Source of the DNA: Solirubrobacterales bacterium
Lineage (GTDB): Bacteria; Actinomycetota; Thermoleophilia; Solirubrobacterales; 70-9
Assembly: GCA_035558995.1 (NCBI GenBank)
Contig: DATMBY010000298.1
Coordinates: forward strand, 1 to 52,198
DNA: 52,198 bases
Reading direction: 5' to 3'
Positions 35,426-44,900 of the stretch are shown piece after piece (the stretch's first letter is position 1; each line of letters begins with the position of its first letter). A program made the translations under genes and the position numbers. The notes under the pieces are model-generated. The model was not told the DNA's origin. It ran no database searches and saw only the letters and a program-made list of their open reading frames with translations.

Positions 35426-36955
35426 GTGGCCCGGCCGGCGATCGTCTTCATCGGCTTCATGGGGGCCGGCAAGAGCACCGCGCTCGCCGCCGCCCGCGCC
35501 GCCGGGCTGGAGACCGTCGAGATCGACGAGCTGATGGAAGCCGAGCTCGGCAAGCCGATCCGCGAGGCGTTCGAGGAGGACGGCGAGGATGCCTTCCGCG
35601 CCCGCGAGGCCGAGGTCGTCGGCTCGCTGCTGGAGAACGCCGACGGCGGCGCGATCGCCCTCGGCGGCGGCAGCGTCCTCTCCGAGCGCGTGCGCGAGAC
35701 GCTCGGGCGCCACACCATCGTCCTGCTGGAGATCGACGCCGCCGAGGCCTGGCACCGGATCGAGGGCACCGAGCGGCCGCTGGCGACGAGCGAAGCGGAT
35801 GTGGAGAGGTTGCTCGCCGAGCGCCTACCGCTCTATGAGGAGCTGGCAGACGCGGTGGTGCCGATGGCCGACGAGGGGGTGGTGGCGCGGGCGCTGCCGG
35901 CGATCCAGGCGTTGGCGGATATGCCGGAGGGAACGCGGCTGCTGTGGGCGTCTAGCGCGACGGGTGATTATCCGATCCTGGTCGGAATTGGTCTGCTCCG
36001 AATGAACTGGTGGCCGCTGAAGGGAAGCCGCTTCTGCGTCAGCGACCGGGCAGTCGCGCCGCTGTACGCCGAGCGCGTCGGGCCCGTGCAGGCAACGGTG
36101 CAGATCGCTCCTGGGGAGGAGGCGAAGACGATGACCACTGCGGAGGAGGTCCTGCGGAGCCTCGCCCAAGCCGGGATGACTCGTGAAGACCATGTGGTCG
36201 CGGTCGGCGGCGGCGTGGTGGGCGACCTCGCGGGCTTCTGCGCCCATGTGTACCAGCGGGGTGTCCCAGTCGTCCAGGTCCCTACGACCTTGGTCGCGCA
36301 GGTCGACTCCGCCTACGGCGGCAAGACCGGCGTGGACCTGCCGGAGGGCAAGAACTACGCGGGCGCCTATCACCTGCCGGCGGCTGTCATCGCCGATACG
36401 GGGACGCTGGAGACGCTGTCGCTGGAAGAGCGGGCAGCCGGTTTCGTCGAGGCACTAAAGACGGGGCTGCTGGCCGGCGGCTCTCTTTGGGATCGGGTGC
36501 GGAAGATCCAGACGCTCGCCGCGGAGGATTTGGCCGACGTGGTCTTCGCGTGTGCTCGCTACAAGTGCGCTGTCGTCGCCGCCGACGAGCGTGACTCCGG
36601 CCTGCGTCACGTGCTCAACCTCGGCCATACGGTTGGGCACGGAATCGAGACCGCGAGCAACTACAAGAGTTATCGGCACGGCGAGGCGATCGGGCTCGGG
36701 CTGCTGGCGGCACTGGAACTGTCAGACGCAACAGAGCTGCGAAGGGACGTCGAGGAGATCCTGAGTCGCCACGATCTTCCGACCCGCCTCGATCCCACGA
36801 TTGCCGTCGACGACGTCCTCGACGCCCTCCAACGTGACAAGAAGCGCACGTCGCGCGGTGTCGGCTTCGTGCTCCTCTCCGAGCCCGGCCACCCCCGCAC
36901 CGGTGAGATCATCGACCCGGCTAAGGTCCGCAAGGCCGTGGAGGAGCTCTACTGA
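35426..36955 (+). CDS. aroB: Bifunctional shikimate kinase / 3-dehydroquinate synthase (AroK::AroB fusion)
   Basis: N-terminus IVFIGFMGAGKST...FRAREAEV...IALGGGSV (AroK). C-terminus VAVGGGVVGDLAGF, VPTTLVAQVDSAYGGKTGVD, KNYAGAYHLP, LNLGHTVGHGIE (AroB). Single ORF with a GTG start. Confidence 0.9.
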   Translation: MARPAIVFIGFMGAGKSTALAAARAAGLETVEIDELMEAELGKPIREAFEEDGEDAFRAREAEVVGSLLENADGGAIALGGGSVLSERVRETLGRHTIVLLEIDAAEAWHRIEGTERPLATSEADVERLLAERLPLYEELADAVVPMADEGVVARALPAIQALADMPEGTRLLWASSATGDYPILVGIGLLRMNWWPLKGSRFCVSDRAVAPLYAERVGPVQATVQIAPGEEAKTMTTAEEVLRSLAQAGMTREDHVVAVGGGVVGDLAGFCAHVYQRGVPVVQVPTTLVAQVDSAYGGKTGVDLPEGKNYAGAYHLPAAVIADTGTLETLSLEERAAGFVEALKTGLLAGGSLWDRVRKIQTLAAEDLADVVFACARYKCAVVAADERDSGLRHVLNLGHTVGHGIETASNYKSYRHGEAIGLGLLAALELSDATELRRDVEEILSRHDLPTRLDPTIAVDDVLDALQRDKKRTSRGVGFVLLSEPGHPRTGEIIDPAKVRKAVEELY

Positions 36956-37410
36956 TGCCGTCCGTCGCCAACCGCGTAGCCGTCCTGCACGGGGTCAACT
37001 TCAACGTGCTGGAGAAGCGTGACGCCTCGGTCTACGGCGGCCTCTCGCTGAGCGAGCTGGAGCGGCGGATCTCCGACTGGGCGCACGAGGTGAGCCTGGA
37101 ACCGATCTTCTTCCAGACCAACGCCGAGGGCGAGTTCTGCGAATACCTGCACCGCTCGGCCGAGCTGGCGGACGCGGTGATCGTCAACGCCGGCGCCTGG
37201 ACCCACTACAGCCGCGCAATCGCCGACGCGCTGGAGCTGACGCGGCTGCCGGCGGTCGAGGTGCACCTCTCCGACGTCGAGGCGCGGGACGAGTGGCGCC
37301 GGCTCTCGGTCTTCGACGGCTTCGTTCTCGCCAAGGTCGCCGGCAAGGGGCCGAACGGCTACCGCGAGGCGCTGGAGCTGCTCTCGCGCGAGCTGGGCGT
37401 CGCCTCCTGA
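36955..37410 (+). CDS. aroQ: Type II 3-dehydroquinate dehydratase
   Basis: VAVLHGVNFNVLEKRDASVYGG, FFQTNAEGEF, IVNAGAWTHYSRAIADAL, VEVHLSDV. Confidence 0.9.
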   Translation: MPSVANRVAVLHGVNFNVLEKRDASVYGGLSLSELERRISDWAHEVSLEPIFFQTNAEGEFCEYLHRSAELADAVIVNAGAWTHYSRAIADALELTRLPAVEVHLSDVEARDEWRRLSVFDGFVLAKVAGKGPNGYREALELLSRELGVAS

Positions 37411-38468
37411 TGCGCGGGCGCGGGGAGCGGCTGGAGCGGGTGCTGGCCGAGGCCGGACTCGACCGCTACCTGGTCACCGACCTCACCAACGTCCGATACC
37501 TGACCGGCTTCACGGGCACCAACGGCGCCTGCATCTGCGGTCCCGACCTCCGCCTCTTCCTCACCGACTTCCGCTACACCGAGCGCGCCGCCGCCGAGGT
37601 CGAGGGCTGGGAGACGCTGACGGTCGGCAACGACTGGCTTCAGGGGATCGCCGAGCGCCTCCAGGGCCGGGTCGGCTTCGAAGACGACCAGGTCTCGGTC
37701 CGCCTGCTCGGAAAACTGAAGGAGAAACTCGGCGAGGGAACCGAGATGGTCGCGGCCGGGGGGAAGGTCGCGGAGCTGCGCAGGGTCAAGGACGACGAGG
37801 AGCTGGCGACGATCGCCGAGGCCTCGAAGCTCGCCGACGCCGCCTGGACCTGGGCACTGGAACAGGGCCTCGCCGGACGCCGCGAGCGCGACGTCGCCCG
37901 CGCGACCGAAGCGCGGATCCGCGAGCTCGGCGGCGACCCCTCGTTCCCGGCGATCGTCGCCGCCGGCCCCAACGGGGCGCTCCCGCACGCCGAGCCCGGC
38001 GAGCGGGAGATCGGCCGCGGCGAGCTGGTCGTCTTCGACATGGGCGCGAAGCTCGACGGCTACTGCTCCGACGGCACCCGCACCCTCGCCACCGGCGAGC
38101 CGGGGGAGGAGGCGAGGGCGGTCTACGAGGTCGTGCGGCAGGCGCAGCAGGCGGCGCTGGAGGCGATCCGGGCCGGGGTCAAGGGCGAGGACGTCGACAC
38201 CGCCGCGCGGGCCATGATCGACGAGGCCGGCTACGGCGAGCGCTTCGGCCATGCCCTCGGCCACGGGGTGGGGCTCGAGGTGCACGAGGGGCCGCGCCTC
38301 TCGCAGCGCTCCGACGACGTCCTCGCCCCGGGCGAAGTCGTCACTGTCGAGCCCGGCATCTACCTGCCGGGGAGCCTCGGCGTGCGGATCGAGGACTTCG
38401 TCGTCGTCGAGGACGGCGGCCTGCGGAACCTCAGCTCGCTGCCGAAAGCGCTGCAGCTGGTCGGGTAA
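37410..38468 (+). CDS. M24-family Xaa-Pro peptidase
   Basis: FDMGAKLDGYCSDGTRT, HALGHGVGLEVHEGP, VVTVEPGIYLPG, GVRIED. ATG overlaps the aroQ stop (TGATG). Start is inside track ORF 37293..38468. Confidence 0.85.
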   Translation: MRGRGERLERVLAEAGLDRYLVTDLTNVRYLTGFTGTNGACICGPDLRLFLTDFRYTERAAAEVEGWETLTVGNDWLQGIAERLQGRVGFEDDQVSVRLLGKLKEKLGEGTEMVAAGGKVAELRRVKDDEELATIAEASKLADAAWTWALEQGLAGRRERDVARATEARIRELGGDPSFPAIVAAGPNGALPHAEPGEREIGRGELVVFDMGAKLDGYCSDGTRTLATGEPGEEARAVYEVVRQAQQAALEAIRAGVKGEDVDTAARAMIDEAGYGERFGHALGHGVGLEVHEGPRLSQRSDDVLAPGEVVTVEPGIYLPGSLGVRIEDFVVVEDGGLRNLSSLPKALQLVG

Positions 38469-38524
38469 ACGCTGGAGTTTCGCGTTCACCTAGCCGCGGC
38501 TAAGCGTTCAAATTCAAGCGAGGC

Positions 38525-39610
38525 GTGGGGTGCGGCCGATGTCCCCACATGGGTAAGGCCCGCGACACTCTCGTCTCGATCCATGAGGAAGCGCGCCGCG
38601 AGCGTCTGCTCGACATGGAGCGGCGGGTGCGCCGCTACCGCACCGCCTGCTTCGGCATTCTCGCCCTCGCCCTCCTGCTCGCCGGCGGCCGCTCGCTCGG
38701 CTACTGGTGGATCGCCTTCCTCGCCGCCGGCCTCGCCGGCTTCGCGATCGCCGACCGCTTCATGCGCAAGAGCCTGCGCCCGGCGCTCTGGATCGCCGGC
38801 GCCTGGGCGGCGCTGCCGGCCCTGATCGCGGCCTCGGCGCTCGCCACGGGCGGCGCCACCAGCCCGGTCCTCGTCTGGTTCGCCCTCCCGGCTGCGACCC
38901 TCGGCTTCCGTTTCGAGCCGCGCGGGATCGTCGCCGGCACCGTCTACGTGATCGCGATGTTCCTGCTCGCCGCGGTCGCGCCCGACCCGCAGGCGGCCTG
39001 GGAGCAGCGAGACCTGCTGATCGCGATCGCGGCGCTGATCCTCAGCACCGTCATCCTCAGCGGCGCCCTGGTCGAGTCAGACCGCGCCCACCGCCGCCGC
39101 TCGACCCTCGACCCGCTCACCGGCCTCTTCAACCGAAACGCGCTGGAGCAGCGGCTCTCGGAGCTGAACGGCCAGCCCTGCAATCCCCAGGACGGCCTCT
39201 CCCACGCTTTCCTGCTTTGCGACCTCGACCACTTCAAGCGCGTCAACGACGAGCACGGGCACGCCGCCGGCGACGCCGTCCTCCAGGACGTTGCCTACAC
39301 GATGCGGGCGACCCTGCGCGCCGGCGACTCGATCTACCGCGTCGGCGGCGAGGAGATCCTGGTGATGCTGCCGGGGGCCAGCCACGCCGACGCCCTCGAA
39401 ATCGCCGAGCGTCTGCGGGTCGCCGTGCGCGAACGGCGGCCGGTCGGCATCCCGATCTCGCTCAGCATCGGCGTCGCCGTCGCCGAGCCGGGCACCGTCG
39501 ACTGCGACGACATGCTGTCCCGCGCCGACGCCGCCCTCTACGCGGCCAAGGCCGGCGGCCGCGACCTCGTCTACCTCGACGACTACGAGCCCGAGCTGGC
39601 GACCGTCTAG
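38525..39610 (+). CDS. Membrane-anchored diguanylate cyclase (GGDEF domain; GGEEI active-site variant with an RxxD I-site)
   Basis: Several N-terminal TM helices. DPLTGLFNR, LLCDLDHFKRVNDEHGH, RAGDSIYRVGGEEILVMLPG. The true start may be ATG 38549. Confidence 0.85.
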   Translation: MGCGRCPHMGKARDTLVSIHEEARRERLLDMERRVRRYRTACFGILALALLLAGGRSLGYWWIAFLAAGLAGFAIADRFMRKSLRPALWIAGAWAALPALIAASALATGGATSPVLVWFALPAATLGFRFEPRGIVAGTVYVIAMFLLAAVAPDPQAAWEQRDLLIAIAALILSTVILSGALVESDRAHRRRSTLDPLTGLFNRNALEQRLSELNGQPCNPQDGLSHAFLLCDLDHFKRVNDEHGHAAGDAVLQDVAYTMRATLRAGDSIYRVGGEEILVMLPGASHADALEIAERLRVAVRERRPVGIPISLSIGVAVAEPGTVDCDDMLSRADAALYAAKAGGRDLVYLDDYEPELATV

Positions 39611-39622
39611 ACGCCGAGGTGG

Positions 39623-39760
39623 GGGAGGGTGCCGGTGTCCCTCTCCGGAATTGACCTCCCCTCCGCTGCGCTCCGGGGAGAACATGCTGCGCGGCTTCGC
39701 CGCGCAAGAACCAGATTGCATATCGCCGAACATTCCTGCGAGGGACACCGGCACCCTCCC
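39623..39760. repeat. 138-nt element closed by a perfect 21-bp inverted repeat
   Basis: gggagggtgccggtgtccctc (39623-39643) is the exact reverse complement of gagggacaccggcaccctccc (39740-39760). There is an internal GCGCGGC-TTC-GCCGCGC hairpin. Confidence 0.8.
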
Positions 39761-39791
39761 TCGACAGCTTCCGTCACTCCATCTCACCGAG

Positions 39792-39828
39792 GCCGCAAAA
39801 ACCCGAGCTGTACACGGGTTTTCGTGGC
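39792..39828. terminator. Bidirectional intrinsic-terminator-like hairpin between convergent genes
   Basis: gccgcAAAAACCCGagctgtacaCGGGTTTTcgtggc: A-run, 8-bp stem, T-run, lying between the GGDEF gene (+) and the M42 peptidase gene (-). Confidence 0.5.
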
Positions 39829-39864
39829 TTCGGTGAAGAGCCGAACTTCACAGCGCTCTCGGCT

Positions 39865-39980
39865 GGAGGGACGGGTGCCCCTCTCCCGACCGGCGTCCTG
39901 TTCCTCGCACAGACCACTCGGCGAGAGAAGGCCAGTTAAAGGCGAGGAACCCAGGGAGGGAGAGGGGCACCCGTCCCTCC
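39865..39980. repeat. 116-nt element closed by a perfect 23-bp inverted repeat
   Basis: ggagggacgggtgcccctctccc (39865-39887) is the exact reverse complement of gggagaggggcacccgtccctcc (39958-39980). Inner pair gttcctcgc/gcgaggaac. Confidence 0.8.
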
Positions 39981-39999
39981 GACCCGGCTTAGAGCTGCT

Positions 40000-41046
40000 T
40001 TAGCGACTCAGGTCCCAGTCGCTGCTCAACCGGCGCCCGAAGGCGGCGAGCAGTTCGACCGTCGCCTCGACGTCGCGCAGGTCGACCATCTCGACCGGCG
40101 AGTGCATGTAGCGGAGGGGGATCGAGACGAGGCCGGTGGGGATGCCGGCGCGCGAGATCTGCAGGACGTCGGCATCGGTGCTGGTGCCGCGGCCGCTGGC
40201 GCTGATCGTGTAGTCGATGCCCCCGGCCTCGGCGGTCTCGACGAGCAGCTCGAAGACTTTGGGGGAGAGGGTGGAGCCGCGGCCGATCGCCGGCCCGGAA
40301 CCGAAGGGGTGGCTGCCCTCCTCTTTCTCGTCGACTCCTGGCGCGTCGGTGGCGTGGGTGACGTCGACGGCGATCGCGATGTCGGGCTGGACCTGGAAGG
40401 CGGCCGTGCGGGCGCCGAAGAGGCCGATCTCCTCCTGGACCGCGGCGACGGCGGCGAAGGAGCCGCCCGGGCCCCCGTCCTCGGCGCAGCGGCGCAGGCT
40501 CTCGAGCGCGACGTAGGCGCCGAGGCGGTTGTCCATCGCTCGCGAGACCAGGCGCTCGCCGGCGACCGGCATCGGCTCTGCGGCGATCACCACCGGGTCG
40601 CCGACCCGGACCAGGGCCTCGGCCTCCTCGCGGTCGGCGGCGCCGATGTCGATGTGCATGCCTTTCAGCTCGACCACCTTTTTGCGCTGGTCGGCCTCGA
40701 GCAGGTGGATCGGCTTGCGCCCGGCGACGCCGGGAACGAGCCCGTCCCTGCCGCGCACCTCGACCCGCTGGCCAACGAGGATCTGCGGGTCCCAGCCGCC
40801 GACGGGGGCGAACCAGAGGAAGCCCTTCTCGTCGACGTGGGTGACGATCAGCCCGATCTCGTCGATGTGGCCGACCACCGCCAGCAGCGGCGAGGCGTCG
40901 CCGACCTTGGCGATCGTCGAGCCGATCCCGTCGACGCTGATCTCGGCGAACGAGGCGGCCTCACGCCAGACCTCGGCCGCCGGACCCTCGTATCCGGAGG
41001 GGGCGCCGGCGCGGAGCAGCTTGTCGAGAAGATCTGGAGTGCTCAA
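40000..41046 (-). CDS. M42-family glutamyl aminopeptidase (FrvX/CelM-like)
   Basis: LLRAGAPSGYEGPAAEVW, LLAVVGHIDEIGLIVTHVDEKGFLWFAPVGGWDPQIL, SRAMDNRLG, QEEIGLFGA. Confidence 0.85.
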   Translation of the reverse strand: MSTPDLLDKLLRAGAPSGYEGPAAEVWREAASFAEISVDGIGSTIAKVGDASPLLAVVGHIDEIGLIVTHVDEKGFLWFAPVGGWDPQILVGQRVEVRGRDGLVPGVAGRKPIHLLEADQRKKVVELKGMHIDIGAADREEAEALVRVGDPVVIAAEPMPVAGERLVSRAMDNRLGAYVALESLRRCAEDGGPGGSFAAVAAVQEEIGLFGARTAAFQVQPDIAIAVDVTHATDAPGVDEKEEGSHPFGSGPAIGRGSTLSPKVFELLVETAEAGGIDYTISASGRGTSTDADVLQISRAGIPTGLVSIPLRYMHSPVEMVDLRDVEATVELLAAFGRRLSSDWDLSR

Positions 41047-41064
41047 AAGGTGCGGGGAGTATGC

Positions 41065-42252
41065 CTAAGAATGGGCTGCGCTTGCTTCGCGGCGAAACTG
41101 GTCGCGTCCCGGTCCGTAGTTGCGGTGCTCGTAGACGATCATCGCCCAGATCAATACGACGCAGATCGCGATCGAGATCAGCGCCGGGACCGCGGTGGAG
41201 ACCGGGACGAGGAAGATGAGGACGACCGCCAGCCCGAGGCGGTGGCGGTTGAGGGAGTGGACGTGGCGCCAGCGAAAGGCGACGAGGCCGAGCAGGTAGA
41301 TCGCGAGCCCGCCGAGCAGGGCGAAGGCGGGGACGTCGTGCAGGTGATCGTCGTGATGGCCGATCGTCACCTTCATCCCGAAGGCCATGAGGACGATCCC
41401 GGCGACCATCAGCAGGTGGATGTAGGAGTAGGAGTCGCGGGCGAGTTCGTTCTGCACCCGGCCAGCCTCGGCTTCTCCCAGCCGCCGTGCCGAGATCAGC
41501 GCGACGACGTCGAAGTAGGTCCACCAGAGCGCCGCCGCGAGGAAGATCCCCAGCACCGCGACGGTTCCGATCCCGAGGTCGAGCGCACCCGAGGCGCCGA
41601 TGCCGATCGCGACGATGCTCTCGCCGAGGGCGATGATCACGATCAGGCCGTGGCGCTCGGCGAAGTGGCCGGGCACGAGCTTCCAGCCCTCGGCGCCGAA
41701 GAAGTAGGGGCCGGCCATGTCGAGGAAGATCGCCAGCGCCCAAAGGGCTCCCTGGGCGAGGCCGTCGAAGAGCGATGCGAGGGCGAGGATCCCAACTGCG
41801 ATCACGGTGCTGACGGCGAGGCCGATGACCGAGCGCTGCAGGTCCTCGTCGTCGGCCCCGGCGAGCCAGAAGAGCGCGATGTGGGCGCTGCGGAAGACGC
41901 CGATCCCGAGGGCGAAGGTGAGGGCGAGGTTGTCGAAGGCCTCCTGGACGCAGAGCGAGACGATCAGCAGCGCCGCCATCGCGGCGAAGATCACCAGCCG
42001 CACCGCCCCGGCCTCGGGGTCGATGACGCTGGTCAGCCAGGAGTAGCCGACCCAGGCCCACCAGAGGACGCCGAGGATCAGCAGGCCCTGGGCGAGCCCG
42101 GACCAGGTCTGGTCGTGCGACATCAGCGCCGTGCACTGGGTGATCGCGAGGACGAAGACGAGGTCGAAGAAGAGCTCCAGCGGCGTCACCCGCTCGCCCT
42201 CGCGGCGGGCCGCGCCGAAGCGCGAGTGGTGCGTTTCCGGCGAGCCCTCCAC
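41065..42252 (-). CDS. Low-temperature-requirement protein A (LtrA) family membrane protein
   Basis: VTPLELFFDLVFVLAITQ signature followed by ~10 hydrophobic helices. Confidence 0.8.
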   Translation of the reverse strand: MEGSPETHHSRFGAARREGERVTPLELFFDLVFVLAITQCTALMSHDQTWSGLAQGLLILGVLWWAWVGYSWLTSVIDPEAGAVRLVIFAAMAALLIVSLCVQEAFDNLALTFALGIGVFRSAHIALFWLAGADDEDLQRSVIGLAVSTVIAVGILALASLFDGLAQGALWALAIFLDMAGPYFFGAEGWKLVPGHFAERHGLIVIIALGESIVAIGIGASGALDLGIGTVAVLGIFLAAALWWTYFDVVALISARRLGEAEAGRVQNELARDSYSYIHLLMVAGIVLMAFGMKVTIGHHDDHLHDVPAFALLGGLAIYLLGLVAFRWRHVHSLNRHRLGLAVVLIFLVPVSTAVPALISIAICVVLIWAMIVYEHRNYGPGRDQFRREASAAHS

Positions 42253-42295
42253 GCCGCCATCCTTGCACTCAGGGGATTTCGGTTAGCGTGGCGCC

Positions 42296-43117
42296 ATGGC
42301 AATCGGGAGAGTTGCTCTGGTCACCGGCGCCTCGACCGGGATCGGGGAGGCGACGGCGATCCGCCTCGCCCGCGAGCCGGGGACGGAGCTGGTCCTCGTC
42401 GCCCGCCGCGAGGAGCTGCTGCGCGAGCTCGCCGAGTCGCTGCCCTGCCGCGCCACCCACCTCGCCGTCGACCTCACCGACCCCGACGCTCCGCAGCGGG
42501 TCCGGGCCCACCTCGAGGCCGAGCACGGCGGCCGGCTGAACCTGCTCGTGAACAACGCCGGCGCCGCCTGGCGCGCCAGCTTCGAGGAGGGCGGCTACGA
42601 GAACGTCCGCCGCCACATGGAGCTGAACTTCGACGCCGTCGTCCGCCTCACCGAGGCGCTGCTGCCGCTCCTGCGCAGCTCCGCCCCGAGCGCGATCGTC
42701 AACGTCGCAAGCACCGCCGGGCGCGTCGCCCGCGCCCGCACCGGCGCCTACTCGGCCAGCAAGTTCGCCCTGATCGGCTGGACCGACTCGCTCTACGCCG
42801 AGGAGAAGCCCCACGGCGTCCACGTCGGCATGGTCCTGCCGGGATTCGTCCGCACCGAGGGCTTCCCGGCGACCGAGCTGCGCGAGAAAGCCCTCACCCG
42901 GTGGATCGTCTCGAAGCCGGAGAAGGTGGCGGAGGCGATCTTCGAGGCCGGGCCCGGCGGCAGGGCGGAACGCTACGTCCCGCGCCCCTACGCCCTCGCC
43001 GCAGTCCTCCGCATCCTCGCGCCCTCGCTGGTGCGGCGGGTCCTCAGCGGGGGTGCCGCCTCCAACCTCACCACCAGCACCGGCGGCGACCGGGCACGCG
43101 GTGCCGATTCGGGCTGA
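42296..43117 (+). CDS. SDR-family oxidoreductase
   Basis: VALVTGASTGIGEA (TGxxxGxG), NNAG, YSASKFAL (YxxxK). Confidence 0.9.
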   Translation: MAIGRVALVTGASTGIGEATAIRLAREPGTELVLVARREELLRELAESLPCRATHLAVDLTDPDAPQRVRAHLEAEHGGRLNLLVNNAGAAWRASFEEGGYENVRRHMELNFDAVVRLTEALLPLLRSSAPSAIVNVASTAGRVARARTGAYSASKFALIGWTDSLYAEEKPHGVHVGMVLPGFVRTEGFPATELREKALTRWIVSKPEKVAEAIFEAGPGGRAERYVPRPYALAAVLRILAPSLVRRVLSGGAASNLTTSTGGDRARGADSG

Positions 43118-44877
43118 TGCCCCTTCCCGCCGACATCGTCGTCGCGCTGGCTCTGGTGGTGGTCGCGATCGTCGCCACCATCTCCACGAAGAAGGTCCGG
43201 CTGGTCAACCGCCGCTTCCGGATGCTCGACGAGATCTCGCGGGTGGCCGACGAAGGCGCGACCCTGGACGAGACCCTCGAGGCGGTCGCCGCAATCATCG
43301 TCCCGGAGGTGGGTGACATCTGCGCGATCGACGCGATCGAGGGGGATCGGGTCCGCCGCGCCGCCCTCGAGGTCGACGGCCCCGATGCCGAGCAGATCGA
43401 AACCCGCTTGATGGAGCGAGGCCCTCGCCTGCAGGCGCAGGTCGCCAGCAACGCCAGCCGCGAGCGGCAGGAGCCGCTTCGCTTCGACCTCCGGAGCGAC
43501 GAGGACCTGCGCGAGTTCGCCGAGGACGACGAGGATCTGCAGTTCCTCCGCGGGCTCGGGGTTCGATCGGGGGTCAGCGTCGAGCTGCGGGCGCGGGGGC
43601 GCCCGACGGGGGTGCTGACGATCAGCGTCGGTCCGTCCGGGCGCGTATTCGACGAGTCCGACGTCCACTTCGTCACCATCCTCGCCGGCCGCGTCGCCCT
43701 CGCCCTCGACAACGCCGGCCTCTTCTCCGACCTGGCCCGCAGCGAGCGCGAACGGGCCGAGATCGCGGAGACGCTGCAGCGCGGCCTGCTGCCGCCGCCG
43801 CTGCCCCACATCCCGGGCTGGTCGGTGGCGGCGATGTACCGGCCCGCCGGCGCCGAAAACGAGATCGGCGGCGACTTCTACGACGCCTTCCGGATCGCCG
43901 GCGGTTGGATGGTGGTGATCGGCGACGTCACCGGCCGCGGCGCCAAGGCCGCCGCGGTCACCGCCCATGCCCGCTACACGCTGCGCACCGCCGCCGCGAT
44001 CACCGGCGACCCCGTGATCGCCCTGCGGACCCTCAATCGCGAGCTGCTCGCCCGCAGCGGCACCGCCCTCTGCAGCGTCGCCGCGATGACGATGTCCGAA
44101 GACTCCGCCGATCCGGTTCGCCTGGCCGTCGCCGGGCACCCGCCGCCGCTGCTGATCGACGGCGATTCCGTCAGCGAGGCCTGCAGGCCGGCACCGGTGC
44201 TCGGCGCCTTCCCCGACGAGACCTGGACGATGGAGGCGACCGCCGTCGGCCGCGACCAGCAGCTGGTCGTCGTCACCGACGGGGTCACCGATTCCGGCGG
44301 TGGCGAGGGACGCTTCGGCGAGGAGCGCCTGCGGGCCGTCCTCGCCGGGGTCAGGGGCCCGGCGCTGGCGGCGCAGCAGATCGAGGGTGCCCTGCACGGG
44401 TTCACCGGCGGCGAGCTGGACGACGACGCGGCGATCATCGCCATCGCCCCCGCCTCCGCCGACGAGGCCCCGGCTCCCGAGCCCGAGGTGGAGCTGGTCG
44501 AGCGCCTCTACGCGGCCTTCAACCGCCGCGACTCCGAGGAGATCGTCGCCGTCTGCGACCAGCAGATGGCCTTCTTCCCGATCGGCACCGCCGAGCAGAT
44601 CGGCCGCGACGCCCCCTACACAGGCCCCGAAGGCCTGCACGAATACCTGCTCGACGTCGACCGCGCCTGGGACGAGCTGCTGATCAACCCGAAGGTGGTC
44701 GAGAACCACGGCGGCTCGCTGCTGGTCCGCGGCCGTGTCTACGCCCGCAGCCGAGCACTCGGCATCCGCGACATGCCCGTCGCCTGGATCTGGGAGGTCG
44801 CGAACGGACGCTTCGTCCGCGGCGAGGTCTTCCGCGACCCAGAGGAAGCCGTGCGCCGCCTCGCGGCGTCCCCCTGA
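43117..44877 (+). CDS. PP2C/SpoIIE-family protein phosphatase with N-terminal TM helix, GAF-like sensor and C-terminal NTF2/SnoaL-like domain
   Basis: Last 586 codons of track ORF 40102..44877, starting at an ATG that overlaps the SDR stop. IGGDFYDAF, VIGDVTGRGAKAA, VVVTDGVTD, DDDAAIIAI (PPM motifs). C-terminal LVERLYAAFNRRDSEEI... is SnoaL-like. Confidence 0.8.
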   Translation: MPLPADIVVALALVVVAIVATISTKKVRLVNRRFRMLDEISRVADEGATLDETLEAVAAIIVPEVGDICAIDAIEGDRVRRAALEVDGPDAEQIETRLMERGPRLQAQVASNASRERQEPLRFDLRSDEDLREFAEDDEDLQFLRGLGVRSGVSVELRARGRPTGVLTISVGPSGRVFDESDVHFVTILAGRVALALDNAGLFSDLARSERERAEIAETLQRGLLPPPLPHIPGWSVAAMYRPAGAENEIGGDFYDAFRIAGGWMVVIGDVTGRGAKAAAVTAHARYTLRTAAAITGDPVIALRTLNRELLARSGTALCSVAAMTMSEDSADPVRLAVAGHPPPLLIDGDSVSEACRPAPVLGAFPDETWTMEATAVGRDQQLVVVTDGVTDSGGGEGRFGEERLRAVLAGVRGPALAAQQIEGALHGFTGGELDDDAAIIAIAPASADEAPAPEPEVELVERLYAAFNRRDSEEIVAVCDQQMAFFPIGTAEQIGRDAPYTGPEGLHEYLLDVDRAWDELLINPKVVENHGGSLLVRGRVYARSRALGIRDMPVAWIWEVANGRFVRGEVFRDPEEAVRRLAASP

Positions 44878-44900
44878 GCGCCTCTCTAGGATTCGCCGTC

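Noticed and set aside
40102-44877. 1591-aa ORF, the longest in the track
   Set aside because: This is a composite shadow frame of high-GC DNA. Its first ~1000 codons are antisense to the M42 peptidase and LtrA genes and out of frame with the SDR gene, and their composition is Arg/Gly/Asp/Pro-dominated. Only the last 586 codons (43117..44877, GAF-PP2C phosphatase) have real motifs and a coupled start.
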